The notes: a model not told the origin generated them from the sequence alone. Positions 28,413 through 42,741 are shown, counted from the first letter of the stretch. The stretch is DNA of 64,000 nucleotides from Octopus vulgaris (GCA_951406725.2 OX597817.1:8804001-8868000); one strand, 5' to 3'. Made by a program: numbers and translations.

Positions 28413-29999
28413 TACATATATATATAATAAGCATACATATATACATACATACAAACAGACAGACATATATGCACACATATATATGTAGTTGATAACTCAT
28501 GTAGGTCGATGACCGTTTGCCTGCTTTTGATGAAATCATCAGAACACCTCATGAATATACGTATTTATCTCCCTGGCAATATCTGCTGGCGTAGTTCTTT
28601 TCCTCATACTTGTCAATTAGCTCTATTACCTCATCAAAATCTTGACCTTTAGATTAAATAATCTCATTTTCTCAGAAATAAAGTCTGTTAATTGTCTGAG
28701 CCCTCCAGTTAGTCGCTCGTCCTTCAAGAAATAGCAGCTGAATCTTCTGCATAATGGATAATGTGACCCAATATATACTACAACAACAACAAAAAAAGAC
28801 AAATAAATAAAAAGACAGGATGATAAAGACGTCGTTCAAAGTATTACGCAACCAGGATAGGATCTACATTCGTGTACGAATATGAAGAAGAGACATCACA
28901 GCTAAGCAATCTCATCTCAAGCACGTACTTATTATCCACGGACATCATGTTCATTGGTCTTTATATTTTTCTTTATTTATGTTGTCCGATCCATGTTATG
29001 TTACCCAGGGGTCTAACGTCCCCAGTTCTTATGAAAGCTTTTATGTAAATTCTTTCACCTGAGTCAAAATAACTCAGCCGGGATTTTAGAAAGCCGGTGT
29101 CCCCCTCCTCAGACACGGTGTACAAAGCTGGCAACTCCAACTTTACTCCGCTGAACAATTTGGATGGGCTCAGCAGAACATCGTAAACTGCCGAAATCAG
29201 AAATTTTAAACTGTTGACTCTCTACTCTCTAGTCGTTTTACTCTGCGGTTACCGCTTACTCCTATCAAACCCAAGGTCCCCGTTGCAACACCCTGTTACC
29301 CTTGCAGGCTCACTCCTCTTCATTCGATGGTTGTACATCACTCACTTTGTCATAGCGAGTTGTGGTGTTATCCAGGCCAGCCTCCACTGAAGATACTACA
29401 CCTGTCAACACTCTTTACATTGGTGCGACGCTGCTACTTCAATCCTCCTTTGCTTTCCATTTATATCTTACGTTGACTTCAATACGTACCGAAAAAACCT
29501 CCACCCCCACTCAGCACAAGTCACCAGAGTTTTCAAACTGCTGAAGGAGAGCTTCAACTTGATGAAGCTCTTCTTGTTATTATAATTTTTTTTCTGACCA
29601 TACAGGACAATGCTGCGATGGCTCCGAGGAAATCACAGACTTCTCCATAAGAATCTCTTACAAAGCAATCCACTGCGGATACTGGAATCTCAATAGCTAA
29701 CGAATTCCAGACCTTAAACATGTCAGGTACAAAGTCAGGCCTCCAATTGGTAATCGCACGCTGTATCTTTCAATTAAGCACCTTCCTGAAGCTATTCACT
29801 GGTTTCTCGGTGATGGATGGTTTCTTTTACTTCTCTGAACAAACAATTACAAAGCTGACCTTGCTACTGGATCTGCTGCCCTTCAAGAAATACAGACTTG
29901 ACTCTGGTGAGTTTCACTCAGCAATTCTCCTTCAAGGTCTTCAGGATTCTACAGCTGCACGTGATCAATGGTATTATTACAGTTTGGTCATCTGACCTG

Positions 30000-30260
30000 G
30001 CTCTCCGTCGGTTATGATGATGAATGTTCCAGCCTGCTTGAGAAATTAATGTAGAAATGGCTGAGCATTCCAGGAGATTGAGCGTGGCACGGAATCTGAC
30101 AAGGTTGGCCCTTTTGAATTACAAGTACAGCTCATTTTTACCAGGTGAGTGAACAGGAGCAGCATATTATAAAGTGTATTGCTCAAGGACACCAGGCGCC
30201 GCCGGGAATCGAACTCAAGGTAAGCCCAATATCCTAACCAATAAGTCGTGCTCGCCTTCC
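30000..30260 (-). mobile_element. Old CORE-like tRNA SINE with a family C tail
   Basis: B-box remnant, GTGTCCTTGAGCAA body, tail matching 14655-14830. Confidence 0.65.
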
Positions 30261-30361
30261 ACAGTCAAGTCGTCTATAAAAGCCAAAATAGAAGTGGTCT
30301 AGCACCGGATATAGTGAACGACGCGTGAGATAGTATCTGCTTATATATATATATATATATA

Positions 30362-30511
30362 CCGGAGTAAACACATAAATGTGAAACAAGGTGGCAAAAA
30401 GAGTACTCAAATACCAGTGGTAGAGTAATATGCTTTATTTAAAGCAGCAGAAAATTCAACGTGAAACTCAGAGTAACAGGTTTTGTTGAATTTTCTGCTG
30501 CTTTAAATAAA

Positions 30512-30512
<1 letters not shown>
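30362..30512. repeat. Short element in (TA)n with a perfect 28-bp inverted repeat
   Basis: CTTTATTTAAAGCAGCAGAAAATTCAAC at 30433-30460 and its reverse complement at 30485-30512; the spacer holds GAAACTCAGAGTA. Confidence 0.85.
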
Positions 30513-30572
<60 letters not shown>

Positions 30573-31016
30573 CATGCATACATACATACATACATACATA
30601 CATACATACATACATGGATGCATACGTTATACACACTTACATATAAGCATACATACATATATACATACATACATGCATACATACATATACACGAACACAT
30701 GCACGTGCACACATATACACACATATATATTCATGCATATGTGGATGTGACTGTGTGGATATGACTGTGTGTGAGTGCGTGTGTATGTATGTATGTACAC
30801 ATAGGTGGATGATATATACGCATTTGTTTAAGAAGACAGACACACAGACGTATATATATACACATACACAAACATATACATATATACACATACACATACA
30901 TTTACATGTATATATATTTATACGTAGGTGTATATATTGCTAGATATTTATCTATTTGTCTGTCTATCTATCTATCTATCTATCGATCGATCTATCTAAA
31001 TGCGTATATATTATGT

Positions 31017-31054
<38 letters not shown>

Positions 31055-31448
31055 ATACATACGTAAATATATATATATATATATATATATATTTATGTAC
31101 GTATATATAATGTATTTATAGATAGCTAGATAGATGAATAGATAAGTTTCTTTATTGGCCACACAGGGCTGCACACAGATGGGACAAGTTACAAGGTAGA
31201 GCTTTTCTTTTGGGGGATGAAAAAAACAAAGATAGATAGATAAATAGATAGGTAGATAGATAGATAAGTAGGTATGTAGGTAAGTTGGTAGGTAGGTAGG
31301 TAGGTAGGTAGGTAGGTAGGTAGGTAGGTAGGTAGGTAGGTAGTAGGTAGGCAGGCAGCTAGGTATGTATGTAGGTAGATAGGTAGGTAGGTAGAGATAG
31401 AGAGACAGACAGACACACAGACACACAGACATATAGACAGGCAGGTAT

Positions 31449-31529
<81 letters not shown>

Positions 31530-31655
31530 GATATAGCTATCAATAGCCGGAAGGGATCCATAATCACCTACTCATACAACAATAACGGCAACAGCTATCT
31601 ATCTATCTATCTATCTATACGTTATACACACTTACATATAAGCATACATACATAT

Positions 31656-31706
<51 letters not shown>

Positions 31707-31981
31707 GATAGATAGACAGACAGACTGACAGATAGATAGCTATTGCAGTTGTTGTATGAGTTGGTGATTGTGGATCCCTTCAGGCTATTGATAGCTATAT
31801 CTCTAACAGTTTACAAGTAAACATCGGAAACTGCTAGTCTCCATGGTTACAAAGAAACGTACAAGTTTCGTAGCAACAGGAGATAATTTACCTGTATATG
31901 TGTGTAATATATGAAGATAGAGAGGTCGCCATACATACATACATACATACATGATTATATATATTTATATGTATATAGCTC

Positions 31982-32149
<168 letters not shown>

Positions 32150-32334
32150 TACAGAAAAAGAGAGGGAGAGAGAGCTAAAGAGAAGGGAATGCAAGGTGGT
32201 AAGAAGATGGTATGAAGGAAGCGCATTAAAGAAAAGGAAATGAATAGCTCTTAGTGGTAGAAAATTACTAACGTCAGTGATAATGTCGTTCCATACACGT
32301 TACAGCATTTGATTATTTCTGTACGGTTATTCAG

Positions 32335-32830
32335 ACGTGGCTATGTGGTAAGACGCTTGTTTCCCAACTACGCGGTCCCGGGTTCAGTCCCTCTGCGTGA
32401 CACCTTGGGGAAGTGTCTTCTAGTGAGTGGATGTGGTAGACGGAAACTGAAGGAAGCGCGTCATACTGTTTATTATTATGTACTTTATAGTGATCTAGGT
32501 AAATGTTTTATTATATATTTTATTTTTTCTATATGGTATGATTTACGTCTATCATTGTTTGAATTACATAATAGTGGTTTTTCTCTAATTTATATGTGTG
32601 TGTGCGTGTGTGTTTGTCTTGACAACCGATGTTAGTGTGCTTACGTCACCCTAACATAATGGTTCGGCAAAACATAGTCACCGTAACATAGTAGTTCGGC
32701 AAAAAAAGACCGATAGAATAAGTACTAAGCTTACAAAGAATAAGTCTCGAGTGTCGATTTCTGTTACTAAAAACCAGTTAAGCCGGTGCCCCAGCATGGC
32801 CGCAGTCAAATAACTGAATCAAGTAAAAGA
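32335..32830 (+). mobile_element. SINE family A, degenerate, with foreign AT-rich sequence in the internal tract
   Basis: Head at 32335-32462, tail at 32595-32830. Confidence 0.75.
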
Positions 32831-32917
32831 AATATATTCTGAATTTAAATTTCACCCACTTCGCTGTACCGTTCATCATTATGTGAACAATAATATAAAT
32901 ACTGAGATTGATGTAGA

Positions 32918-33145
32918 TATTGGTTTCAAATTTTGGCACAAGGCCAGTAAGTTCGTGAGAGTTAGTTGGAGGTAAGTCGATTACACCGACCCCCAGTATT
33001 CAACTGGTACTTATTTTATCGACAGTAAAAGAATGAAAAGTCAGTCGACCTCAGCGGAATTTGAAATCAGAACGTAAAAAAATAGACGAAATGCCGCTAA
33101 GCATTTTTTTTTCAGCGTGCTAACGACTCTGCCAGCTCGCCGCCT
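32918..33145 (-). mobile_element. SINE family B variant with a different 3' tail
   Basis: Family B head and body, but the tail ends CCTTGTGCCAAAATTTGAAACCAAT. Confidence 0.8.
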
Positions 33146-33915
33146 TTAGAGATCAATGTTGATATTACTAAACTGTTGAAGTGGGTGCCACTGCGCAGCT
33201 ACCGTCCAATAGCGGAAGCCAGTAACAAAATGTACACAGCAAGCAATGGTGGAGTTTTTGCGGCTGCTCATCACGTGCAGTTAACCTGAAACGATTAGAA
33301 TTATCTCCCTTGTTTGCTTGGTCAAAGAATAATGTCAGATAATATCTAATATTTTTCTTAAATACCGCATTCGACCCGACTTTGGTTATTGATGATGTTA
33401 AAAACATAAGAAATCATCAAACTAGCTGTCTTCTTACTTAAATGTATGGTCAGCCCTCTTTATAATCAGTTAATGTCATTTTCTGGGTCTGCATTGACAT
33501 TCGGTAGTGCAACCTAGTTACTACCGATCAGCAAGCAAATAACAAACACTAACTAAACTGAATAAGTTTATATAATGTGAGTGACGGATCATCCAACAGC
33601 TTCATGCAGTAACAGTGTGCTTATAAATTCCTTGCTCTCTCCTGAAGATCGTAGTAGGAAGATGAATCTCAGAAGCCTCAACTAGAGCAATCTTAATAGA
33701 TATTCAATGAAACGTCTACACCTTAATACATATACTTTATAATAGGGTTCAGCAAAGATTTGCTTTAACACATACCGAAGTTTAGAAATAGCAGCCAAAG
33801 AACCTTAGCTATTTCCTTTACTTTAAAAAGAGACTCCCGGAAAAAATAAATTACTCGAAAACAATCCACGAAGGCAGAGAGGAAAAATAACGAAAAATCA
33901 ATCGATATTTGATTA

Positions 33916-33998
33916 CCCATGTACGCGTTTCGGAATTAGATCGGTATAAAGAATGTGTAATTTATACTTTACCCGAACATTTTCTTCATCAGCATGGG
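33916..33998 (-). ncRNA. Type-I hammerhead ribozyme motif with canonical core
   Basis: CCCATG-CTGATGA-(long helix II)-GAAAC gc GTA-CATGGG; 6-bp helix I; palindromic helix III ACGCGT. Confidence 0.78.
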
Positions 33999-34357
33999 AC
34001 TTCACAATATTAGATATTAAAAATATTAAATTCGAAGGCCCTGGAAGAATTGAACATATCTCCCCAACTAACAGTGTCAGACAGATCATATTCAACGTCA
34101 GTACCGCCGAATTTAAAATATACGAATGAGGTTCATCATCTTCCCCTGCCCATCCACGTGTGTCGTCAAGTAAAATACTACAGAAAAAATCTGTAGTTTA
34201 TTATCAGGGAGAGTAAGAACAAAAATTGGTTGAGGTTCGCAACACCTGTTTTAGACGCGTTTTTTATTGATGAACAAATGGATTACATCATGAAAAAAAT
34301 CGTTTTCTTCTCTGATTGTCATTGAGATGAAGGAGTCAAAAACCATATTGGTTATGA

Positions 34358-34590
34358 GGCAGCGAGCTGGCAGAACCGTTAGCACGCCGGGCGAAATGCG
34401 TAGCCGTATTTCGTCTGCCGATACGTTCTGAGTTCAAATTCCACCGAGGTCGACTTTGCCTTTCATCCTTTCGGGGTCGATTAAATAAGTACCAGTTACG
34501 CACTGGGGTCGATGTAATCGACTTAATTCGTTTGTCTGTCCTTGTTTGTCCCCTCTATGTTTAGCCCCTTGTGGGTAATAAAGAAACATG
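34358..34590 (+). mobile_element. SINE family B with TSD
   Basis: 12-bp TSD TATTGGTTATGA at 34346-34357 and 34591-34602. Confidence 0.95.
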
Positions 34591-35185
34591 TATTGGTTAT
34601 GAGTCAAATCTTAAATTTTGAGTTAAATTTTTATTTACGTGAAGAATTCAGTTTTGTTTTGTTTTGTTTTTTTATTCATGTTGTAAATGATATATTCATC
34701 AATAAAAAACGTTCTGAAACAGCTGGAGTGAACCTCAATCCATCTGTGTCCCTATTTTACTTGTTTTATACCATACCTGGAACATTCCCTACATTGGAAC
34801 TGGAACATGAAGTGAACCGTGAAACTGCATATCGGAGTACGTCTATATGTTATTTAGTATATAAATGTATATTCATATCAATGAGTATATTGATCTGCCC
34901 ATGTGAATGTGTATACAAGTTGTAGAACAACTTATATATGCATTAGTATGGGCGTGAGTGTGCATATACACTGTTGATAGACGGATATGCTACTCTCGAC
35001 CCTTTCTTAGTGCCCTTATTATTAAAATACCTCGATTCAATTGAATTCTACAAATAATTAATCTGTGTGTGTGTGTGATGATGATAAAGGTGATGATCAA
35101 GATATATACATACACGAACATATATATGACCTCTAAATCCACAAGTTCTTTTTTATATATTCTCTCTGTTTATTTTCTCTTATTC

Positions 35186-35221
35186 CTTTCTGTTGAAGAG
35201 CGTAGGCTCGAAACGTAAAAG
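35186..35221 (+). ncRNA. Degenerate minimal hammerhead motif (family E-related)
   Basis: CTTT-CTGTTGA-A-GAGC gtag GCTC-GAAAC-GTA-AAAG (A6 substituted). Confidence 0.55.
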
Positions 35222-35325
35222 ACTTGGTCACTTTCCCGAGCGTCAAACTAATACACCTGCCTTCGTCTTTTGTTTTTCGGTAAATTTAAACTATGTGCGT
35301 GTGTTTGTGTGTGTATATATATACA

Positions 35326-35416
<91 letters not shown>

Positions 35417-35838
35417 ATATATAGATGTATATATATATGTACTTGTGTATATACAAAAGTACTCGCATGAAGTAGATGTTAGTGAAATCGTTAGAGGCAA
35501 ACAAACACTTACAACGAAACACATACGCACCGTAAAACATATCTCCCTCGCGCTGTAATGACAGTGAACGAGAAAATAGCATGAAGCCTGTCTTTATTTT
35601 CGTCATATTTAATGTATTTTAGCAGTAAAGTATTGCTCGTCTGTTTGCTTGTACTTTACAGCTAGAACAAATCAATAGCCATCATACATCCGATTCCTTG
35701 CATTAGATTAGAATTTTTATAATGAATTAGAAAATTTTAACTTTATAGATTTAGTAATTTATACGTTAAATTTATCTTACAACACAAACACGCGCACACC
35801 GATGTATATACATAAAAAAATACACACACACGTATATT

Positions 35839-35888
<50 letters not shown>

Positions 35889-35928
35889 ACAGAGTGTGTG
35901 TGTATGTATGTATTTATATATATATATG

Positions 35929-36020
<92 letters not shown>

Positions 36021-36045
36021 CATATATATACATATATATATATAC

Positions 36046-36082
<37 letters not shown>

Positions 36083-36510
36083 CAGAGGGAGAGAGGGAAA
36101 GACACACACATACAAGCACATATACACACATATACACACATATATTTATACGCATACAAACATATACATATACGTGTATGTAATCGTGTGTATGTGTGTC
36201 TGTCTGTGTGTGTGTGTGTCTGTCTGTGTGTGTGTGTATCTAGTTTCCGTCCTCAATAAATTTTATAGATTAGTGTATGGCTGACTTCCCTAAGAACTGT
36301 CAATTAATGACAAGCCGTCAAAAGCCGTATGCGAAATAAGCTCTCCACTATGGTGCTAGCCTAATTCATGACTTCTTGAGAAGCAAATGATCTGTGCTAT
36401 TTATTGGAAGACGAACTAGGTACATCTCTTCTGAGGAGCAGTCAACAAACCGTGAAAGGATCTATTAGTAGACACCCCGTCTCTTATTTCTGCCTATCAA
36501 TGGTATAGAA

Positions 36511-36741
36511 GGCGGCGAGCTGGCAGAACCGTTAGCACGCCGGGCGAAATGCGTAGCCGTATTTCGTCGGCCGTTACGTTCTGAGTTCAAATTCCACCGA
36601 GGTCGACTTTGCCTTTCATCCTTTCGGGGTCGATAAATGAAGTACCAGTTACGCACTGGGGTCGATGTAATTGACTTAACCCCTTTGTCTGTCCTTGTTT
36701 GTCCTCTCTGTGTTTAGCCCCTTGTCGGTAGTAAAGAAATA
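36511..36741 (+). mobile_element. SINE family B with TSD
   Basis: 9-bp TSD GGTATAGAA at 36502-36510 and 36742-36750. Confidence 0.95.
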
Positions 36742-37513
36742 GGTATAGAATACATGTGCTTTATAGTCGTATTCTTATTGAACTATTGAACCCACAGTGA
36801 AACATTATAATATTTAAATTTATTTATATTCATCTTATTTACACTGTTTAGTGAACACATACCTACACACATACACATACATACACACGCACACATACAC
36901 ACGCATACACCCACACATACACGCACACATGGCTGAGTGAATGCCTTTGTGTATGTGATATGTTTGTCGTTTAAAAACAGAGTTGCATTTTAATTGCATG
37001 GACTATATTGTGTGCATACCTGCGAAAGCAAAAATGGGATTAATCTACATGTAATGGTTTTGCACAACTCATCAGGTACGGTTGACTGCATTCGTCATCT
37101 GCTTGGTAAATATTAATAGATAACAGCTGAAAGATTTAAACGCCGCTCAGCTGGCCACAGTATTCTGTATTGTTATATGATGTCGTGTGATTTACATTAC
37201 ATACTTGGAGTGTTTGTTTTAATTTCATAGGAAAGATACCCACCGAAAGCTTGAAATATCATCCATTAATTTTTGTTCCGTTAGTTTTCGTTCTCTGAGA
37301 GTGCACAACGTTTCCTCACATAGTCGGTGTTACGACTTTATGTCTATGTAATTTTAACAAACGAAGAAAATGGATCCCAAATATATGTCAAAGAAAATAT
37401 GGTATATTCATTATAAAATTCTCTCGAGAGACACAATAGATATTACAGTGAGAATTCATTTCAACAGCCACTGTTGGAATAAAGACATTCACTTATTTAA
37501 CAACACCATATAT

Positions 37514-37579
<66 letters not shown>

Positions 37580-38211
37580 GTACGGGGACGTAAACACATT
37601 AACATCGGTTTTCAAGCGATAGTGGGGGAGGGGACAAACACAGACACATACGGACAATCTTTGAAGCTAACACTTTTTGCCAGATTACAATATATTCTAT
37701 CCTGGTTATATAACCTACATATACAAAGACTTTTTTTTTGTCTGCCCAGCACCGATCGACAGTTTAAATATAAATTTTTATTTGGATGACCTAGATGATA
37801 TCATACAAAATATCTCCCGTTATAGTAATGAAGTTTGCTATCTTTTGTTAGCTTTAACCGACAGTCACTCTAAAAATAGACGTGGCTGAGGCATCAGCCC
37901 AAAATAGCGCACATAACAAATGCATTGTTATCTCTTTTTATCTTCCGGTGTTTTAGTAATACAAACTAAACCTTAAACCTTACTCTAATTTTATAATACA
38001 AGTGGAAAAATATAACCTTCTAAGGTTACGTTGGCAATATGACCTGATCGCACATAAAGTGTTCAAATATGTTGAGCAGCGAATTGACTCGGAGTATGGA
38101 GTTATGTGTGTTTCATTCTGAGTTTGCGTAACTTCTTGGCCAAAGCTCCCAAAATTGTGACTTTATGCCTTTGTAAAATCTTCTTCTTCTTCTTCTTCTT
38201 AATAATAATAC

Positions 38212-38259
<48 letters not shown>

Positions 38260-38337
38260 GGAATATAACTCCAAACTTACAGGGAAAAATTCAATTTAGC
38301 AATTATATTGAATTGCTTAATAGAGGTTTTTCTCTAA

Positions 38338-38380
<43 letters not shown>

Positions 38381-38883
38381 GCATGCTAGAAGTAAAACCC
38401 GTCGTTGATCGGGTAATTAGTTTTACTGTTTATCGGGAGCCACATTGAAAGTATTATTACATGTATAATTTACTCCTCCTGTATGTGTGTAGTTTTAGAA
38501 GAAAAAAAACATGTAATAATTGAAGTAGAAAAAAGATCATTTCTATACATGAAGTTCTGTTTGTTTATTACATGAAAATAGTTCTGCTGATTGATGTGTT
38601 GAAAGCCTCGACCCCTTATCTGTTGAAAGTTGAAGTGTTTTCACAAGATGCCATAATACAGAAGACTTTATTGAAGCATTGAAGTTATTCAATTTTGTTC
38701 CTCTTGGAACAATTGGTAGTGTTTCTCGGAAGTTTCCTGAGAATTTCCCATCATGGAATTGCAATTTCTAATGTTTTTGTGAGCCGTGGTACATTCGTCC
38801 CAGACAATTAAGTGACATTTTTGTATCGGTTCACGAATTGCAGAATTTTTAAATATATTACAAACTGGATCTGGTTTGTTAGT

Positions 38884-39060
38884 ACATGTATTTCAAAAAC
38901 CAGCCTTGTCACACTCTGTGTCACGCTGAATCTCCCCGAGAACTACGTTAAGTGTATACGCGTTTGCGAAGTACTCAGCCACTTGCATGGTAATTTCACG
39001 AGCAGGCTGTTCCGTTGATCGGATCAACTGGAACTCTTGCGTCGTAGCAGACAGAGTGGC
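38884..39060 (+). mobile_element. SINE family C 3' tail fragment inside the Helitron
   Basis: Matches 14653-14830. Confidence 0.85.
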
Positions 39061-39145
39061 GGTTATTATGTTTGTACGCTTGGGTGTTTGTGTATAATAT
39101 GTATTTGTGTATATTCACATTGTGTCGCTTGTGTGTGTGTGTGTA

Positions 39146-39200
<55 letters not shown>

Positions 39201-39852
39201 GTACATATGTGTATGTGAAGCGTGTGAACCTACATGTAGAACTTGCTAAATGGAGCTTAAATGTAAAGGTAACTTGAATGTTTAATGGGGTAGTCCGACC
39301 TCCGGGTAGTAACGTTGCTGCAGCCCCAAAAGTAGCAGAAGCTAAAGCTTATTTTATTTTCTTGACGAACTTTAGCCAGGAGGAGTTTAATCACAAATAT
39401 TTTCCCAGTACCTCCTGGAGCATCTACGAAATAAAGTCCTCCTGTGTTATTGTTAATACTTTCTGTGACAGTGGAATACGTACAACGTTGATCAGGTAGA
39501 AGCTTGGGAAGATTATCATTTATGTACATGGTCAGTTCGTCCTTATCAAAGGAAATTTCTCTCATTATTTCAGTGGGCAGAGTGTTATGATCCCCTCTAT
39601 TAGTTAGTGGGAGACCTGAATTTTGTACAGGTTCACCTCCCATGGAAATAATTTGATCTTCTATTTTAATTAAAGCCGCATTGTATATAGCATTAATGAA
39701 ACCGATAACTTGCTCAGGATTATTGAACTGCAGTTGGTGCTTGAAATCTTCAGCAAGATCCTTTCTGAACATTTTCCACACTTGAACAGGATTACTTATT
39801 TCACAATTTTTGAGAATAATATCAAAAGGACATCTGAAAGTCTTAGGTGTTA

Positions 39853-40088
39853 TTTATATTTTTTTTTCACTACCCACAAGGGGCTAAACATAGAGGGGAC
39901 AAACAAGAACAGACAAACGAATTAAGTCGATTACATCAACCCCAGTGCGTAACTGGTACTTAATTTATCGACTCCGAAAGGATGAAAGGCAAAGTCGACC
40001 TCGGCGGAATTTGAACTTAGAACGTAACGGCAGACGAAATACGGCTACGCATTTCACCCGGCGGGCTTACGTTTCTGCCAGCTAACCG
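39853..40088 (-). mobile_element. SINE family B inserted in the Helitron, with TSD
   Basis: 11-bp TSD CTTAGGTGTTA at 39842-39852 and 40089-40099. Confidence 0.93.
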
Positions 40089-40584
40089 CTTAGGTGTTAG
40101 TTATATTGTAGTTTATTTTTATGTTGCTTCCCTTGGCTGATCATTTGCGAGCAAAGTTGAAACACGCTTCTCGCTATGTTCTGCACGTCTCACCATCAAC
40201 GTGTTTCAAACTTTCCCATGAAGTTGGTCCTCTTTTTGCATGAATTTACAAGAAGAAGCATTCTGAGATGAAAGCATTCATTTTGGTTAGGATGTACAGT
40301 ATATATAATCTACCAATTGTTGATCCAAATTTCATACCAGAATGACCTTGAACCTTTGTAACTATTTTGCGTCCGTTCCATTTATTATTACTCCATGTGT
40401 AATAAGAAGAGAGAGAGAGAAAAAGAGAGAGAGAGAGAGAGAGAAAGGAAGAGAGAGAGAACGAAACAGAGAGAAAGATAGAGAGGGAAACTAGACAGAT
40501 ACAGAAGAAAGGAAAATCATAGAGATGGTGTCTGGTCTTAGTTTCACTTTGTGGAACAGACAAGCAGGCATAATCTTTCTTTCA

Positions 40585-40874
<290 letters not shown>

Positions 40875-41837
40875 TTGGTCGACGCTGAATTAGATCATTG
40901 CAATTGGAGGTGAATTAGATTTATTTACGTTCACATCAGTTGTACCTAAGATGATGGCAAATTTCTGAGAAGTTAAATAAACTTATTAAATGCACAATTT
41001 TAGAGAGCAAATGAAACGAGCATGAAAACTCGGGTTTCAGTCCTTGGCCACGGATCTGTTATAAACCGTAAAGTAAAACACCAATATCGAATATCAGATA
41101 ACTTGATCGGGAAAAAATCTAAAACAGTGGAGATACTCACTGGGTTAACTTGATATATATCCAGAAGACATTGGTGAAATCTCTTGCATGTAACAACAAC
41201 GTTTTTGTATCACACATTTCCCTGAAGAGGGAAAAAGTCCTCGGACTCTACGTTTAACTTTTATGAGTTTTCTCCTGCTCTACGGCTGCAACGCTTGCCA
41301 ACTATGAGAAATAACTATCCATCCTGTCGACGTACTCACAACCTGTATCAGATAGTCTCTTTATTTTTGGTTGGTATTGTAGATCAACAGCCATCGCCGA
41401 TTAGCCTCAACGCCAGTAAATTGATGAATGCATTCTGTTTTCAACGAAATAATAGTTCAGAGTCACCTGAAATGAAAATAAATCTCCATTAGATATGAGT
41501 TAACCCCTTGAGGATGACATCATAATAAATGAGGTGATAACAATCTTGTGGAATGAAACACAAGTCTTCCTCTATGAAATAGAAATTGAAATGGTGTTAA
41601 GTGAACAACTTTCCCCTTGTCTGTATTCATTCAGAGTAAAATAGCAATTAATTGGCCGAGAATAGGAGCTGATAGATCGAAAGTGATACTAAAACAAATA
41701 CAACTACAACAATAAACATTGCTATATGTGACTGTGGCACAAAGGCACAAACAAGGGAGTACCTGTGGTGACACCTATACCGCAAGGATCATAAACTTTA
41801 ATAAAGATGATGACGAATGTGTTCAGATTTAGCCATA

Positions 41838-42226
41838 GGCGCAGGAGTGGCGATGTGGTAAGTAGCTTGCTAACCAGCCACATGGTTCTGGGTTCAGTCC
41901 CACTGCGTGGCACCTTGGGCAAGTGTCTTCTGCTATAGCCCCGGGCCGACCAATGCCTTGTGAGTGGATTTGGTAGACGGAAACTGAAAGAAGCCTGTCG
42001 TATATATGTATATATATATATGTATGTGTGTGTGTTTGTGTGCCTGTGTTTGTCCCCCTAGCATTGCTTGACAACCGATGCGATTCGGCAAAAGAGACCG
42101 ATAGTATAAGTACTGGGCTTACAAAGAATAAGACCCGGGGTCGAGTTGCTCGACTAAAGTCGGTGCTCCAGCATGGCTGCAGTCAAATGACTGAAACAAG
42201 TAAAAGAGTAAAAGAGTAAAAGAGTA
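41838..42226 (+). mobile_element. SINE family A with a small internal deletion
   Basis: GGCGCAGGAGTGG head through (TAAAAGAG)3 tail. Confidence 0.93.
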
Positions 42227-42741
42227 TTGTCAAGTTTTGTAATTTGTTTATTTCGTAAGCACCGGTATGGGAACAATGATCAAATTGTCGTAAACTGCGA
42301 ATTTCTATCGTGCCGTAGCGGAAGCACAAACGACAGCTGAAAGTATGAGAAGGGGTAACATCAACAGTGATCCTGTGGCGAAGGATTCAATTGTGAGCCC
42401 CCGTTTATCTTAATAGCAATATATACAAGAAAAAGAAAACGGACTAATCTGCATAAGACTCACACATGCCTTGTGACTGGCTGTTTTTAATTATTTAAAC
42501 AAATATACAGCATTTGTTATATATTCGTTAGGAATTCAAAACATGACACCGGCCACCAAAATTTAATTCTTCTTCGTCTCTGCCAAGAATTCACAGCGAC
42601 CTCGAACGCACAAGAGTGAACAAGAGAGACAGAGACAGGCAGAAGCAAGGAAAATGCCCTTTGTATTTGAATGCTATGCAAATATTCTTTTAAAATACTT
42701 TTCGTTTAATTTTACCAAAATTTAATTGTTTTCCGTACTTA

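Larger units (their letters stand above)
38386..40245 (-). mobile_element. Decayed autonomous-type Helitron (RepHel, PIF1 helicase part) with 3' terminus
   Basis: RGPTSWESLKHVDGETCRT*REAC linker, YFVDAPGGTGK (Walker A), LIVWDECTTAHK (Walker B), GNFRETLPIVPRG (motif III); 3' hairpin ACCCG..CGGGT and CTAG at 38386-38414. Confidence 0.9.

Noticed and set aside
29059-29187. Candidate 129-nt phase-1/phase-1 exon on the minus strand (YDVLLSPSKLFSGVKLELPALY...)
   Set aside because: It has AG/GT borders and an open frame but no recognisable homology or partner exons. The same sequence fits a decayed hammerhead element (CCGTGT-CTGAGGA-GGGG..CCCC-..GGTA-..ACATGG). Spliced RNA-seq reads would overturn this.
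33168-33290. Possible minus-strand exon or signal-peptide-like frame
   Set aside because: Acceptor present but no consistent donor or start, and no homology I can recognise.
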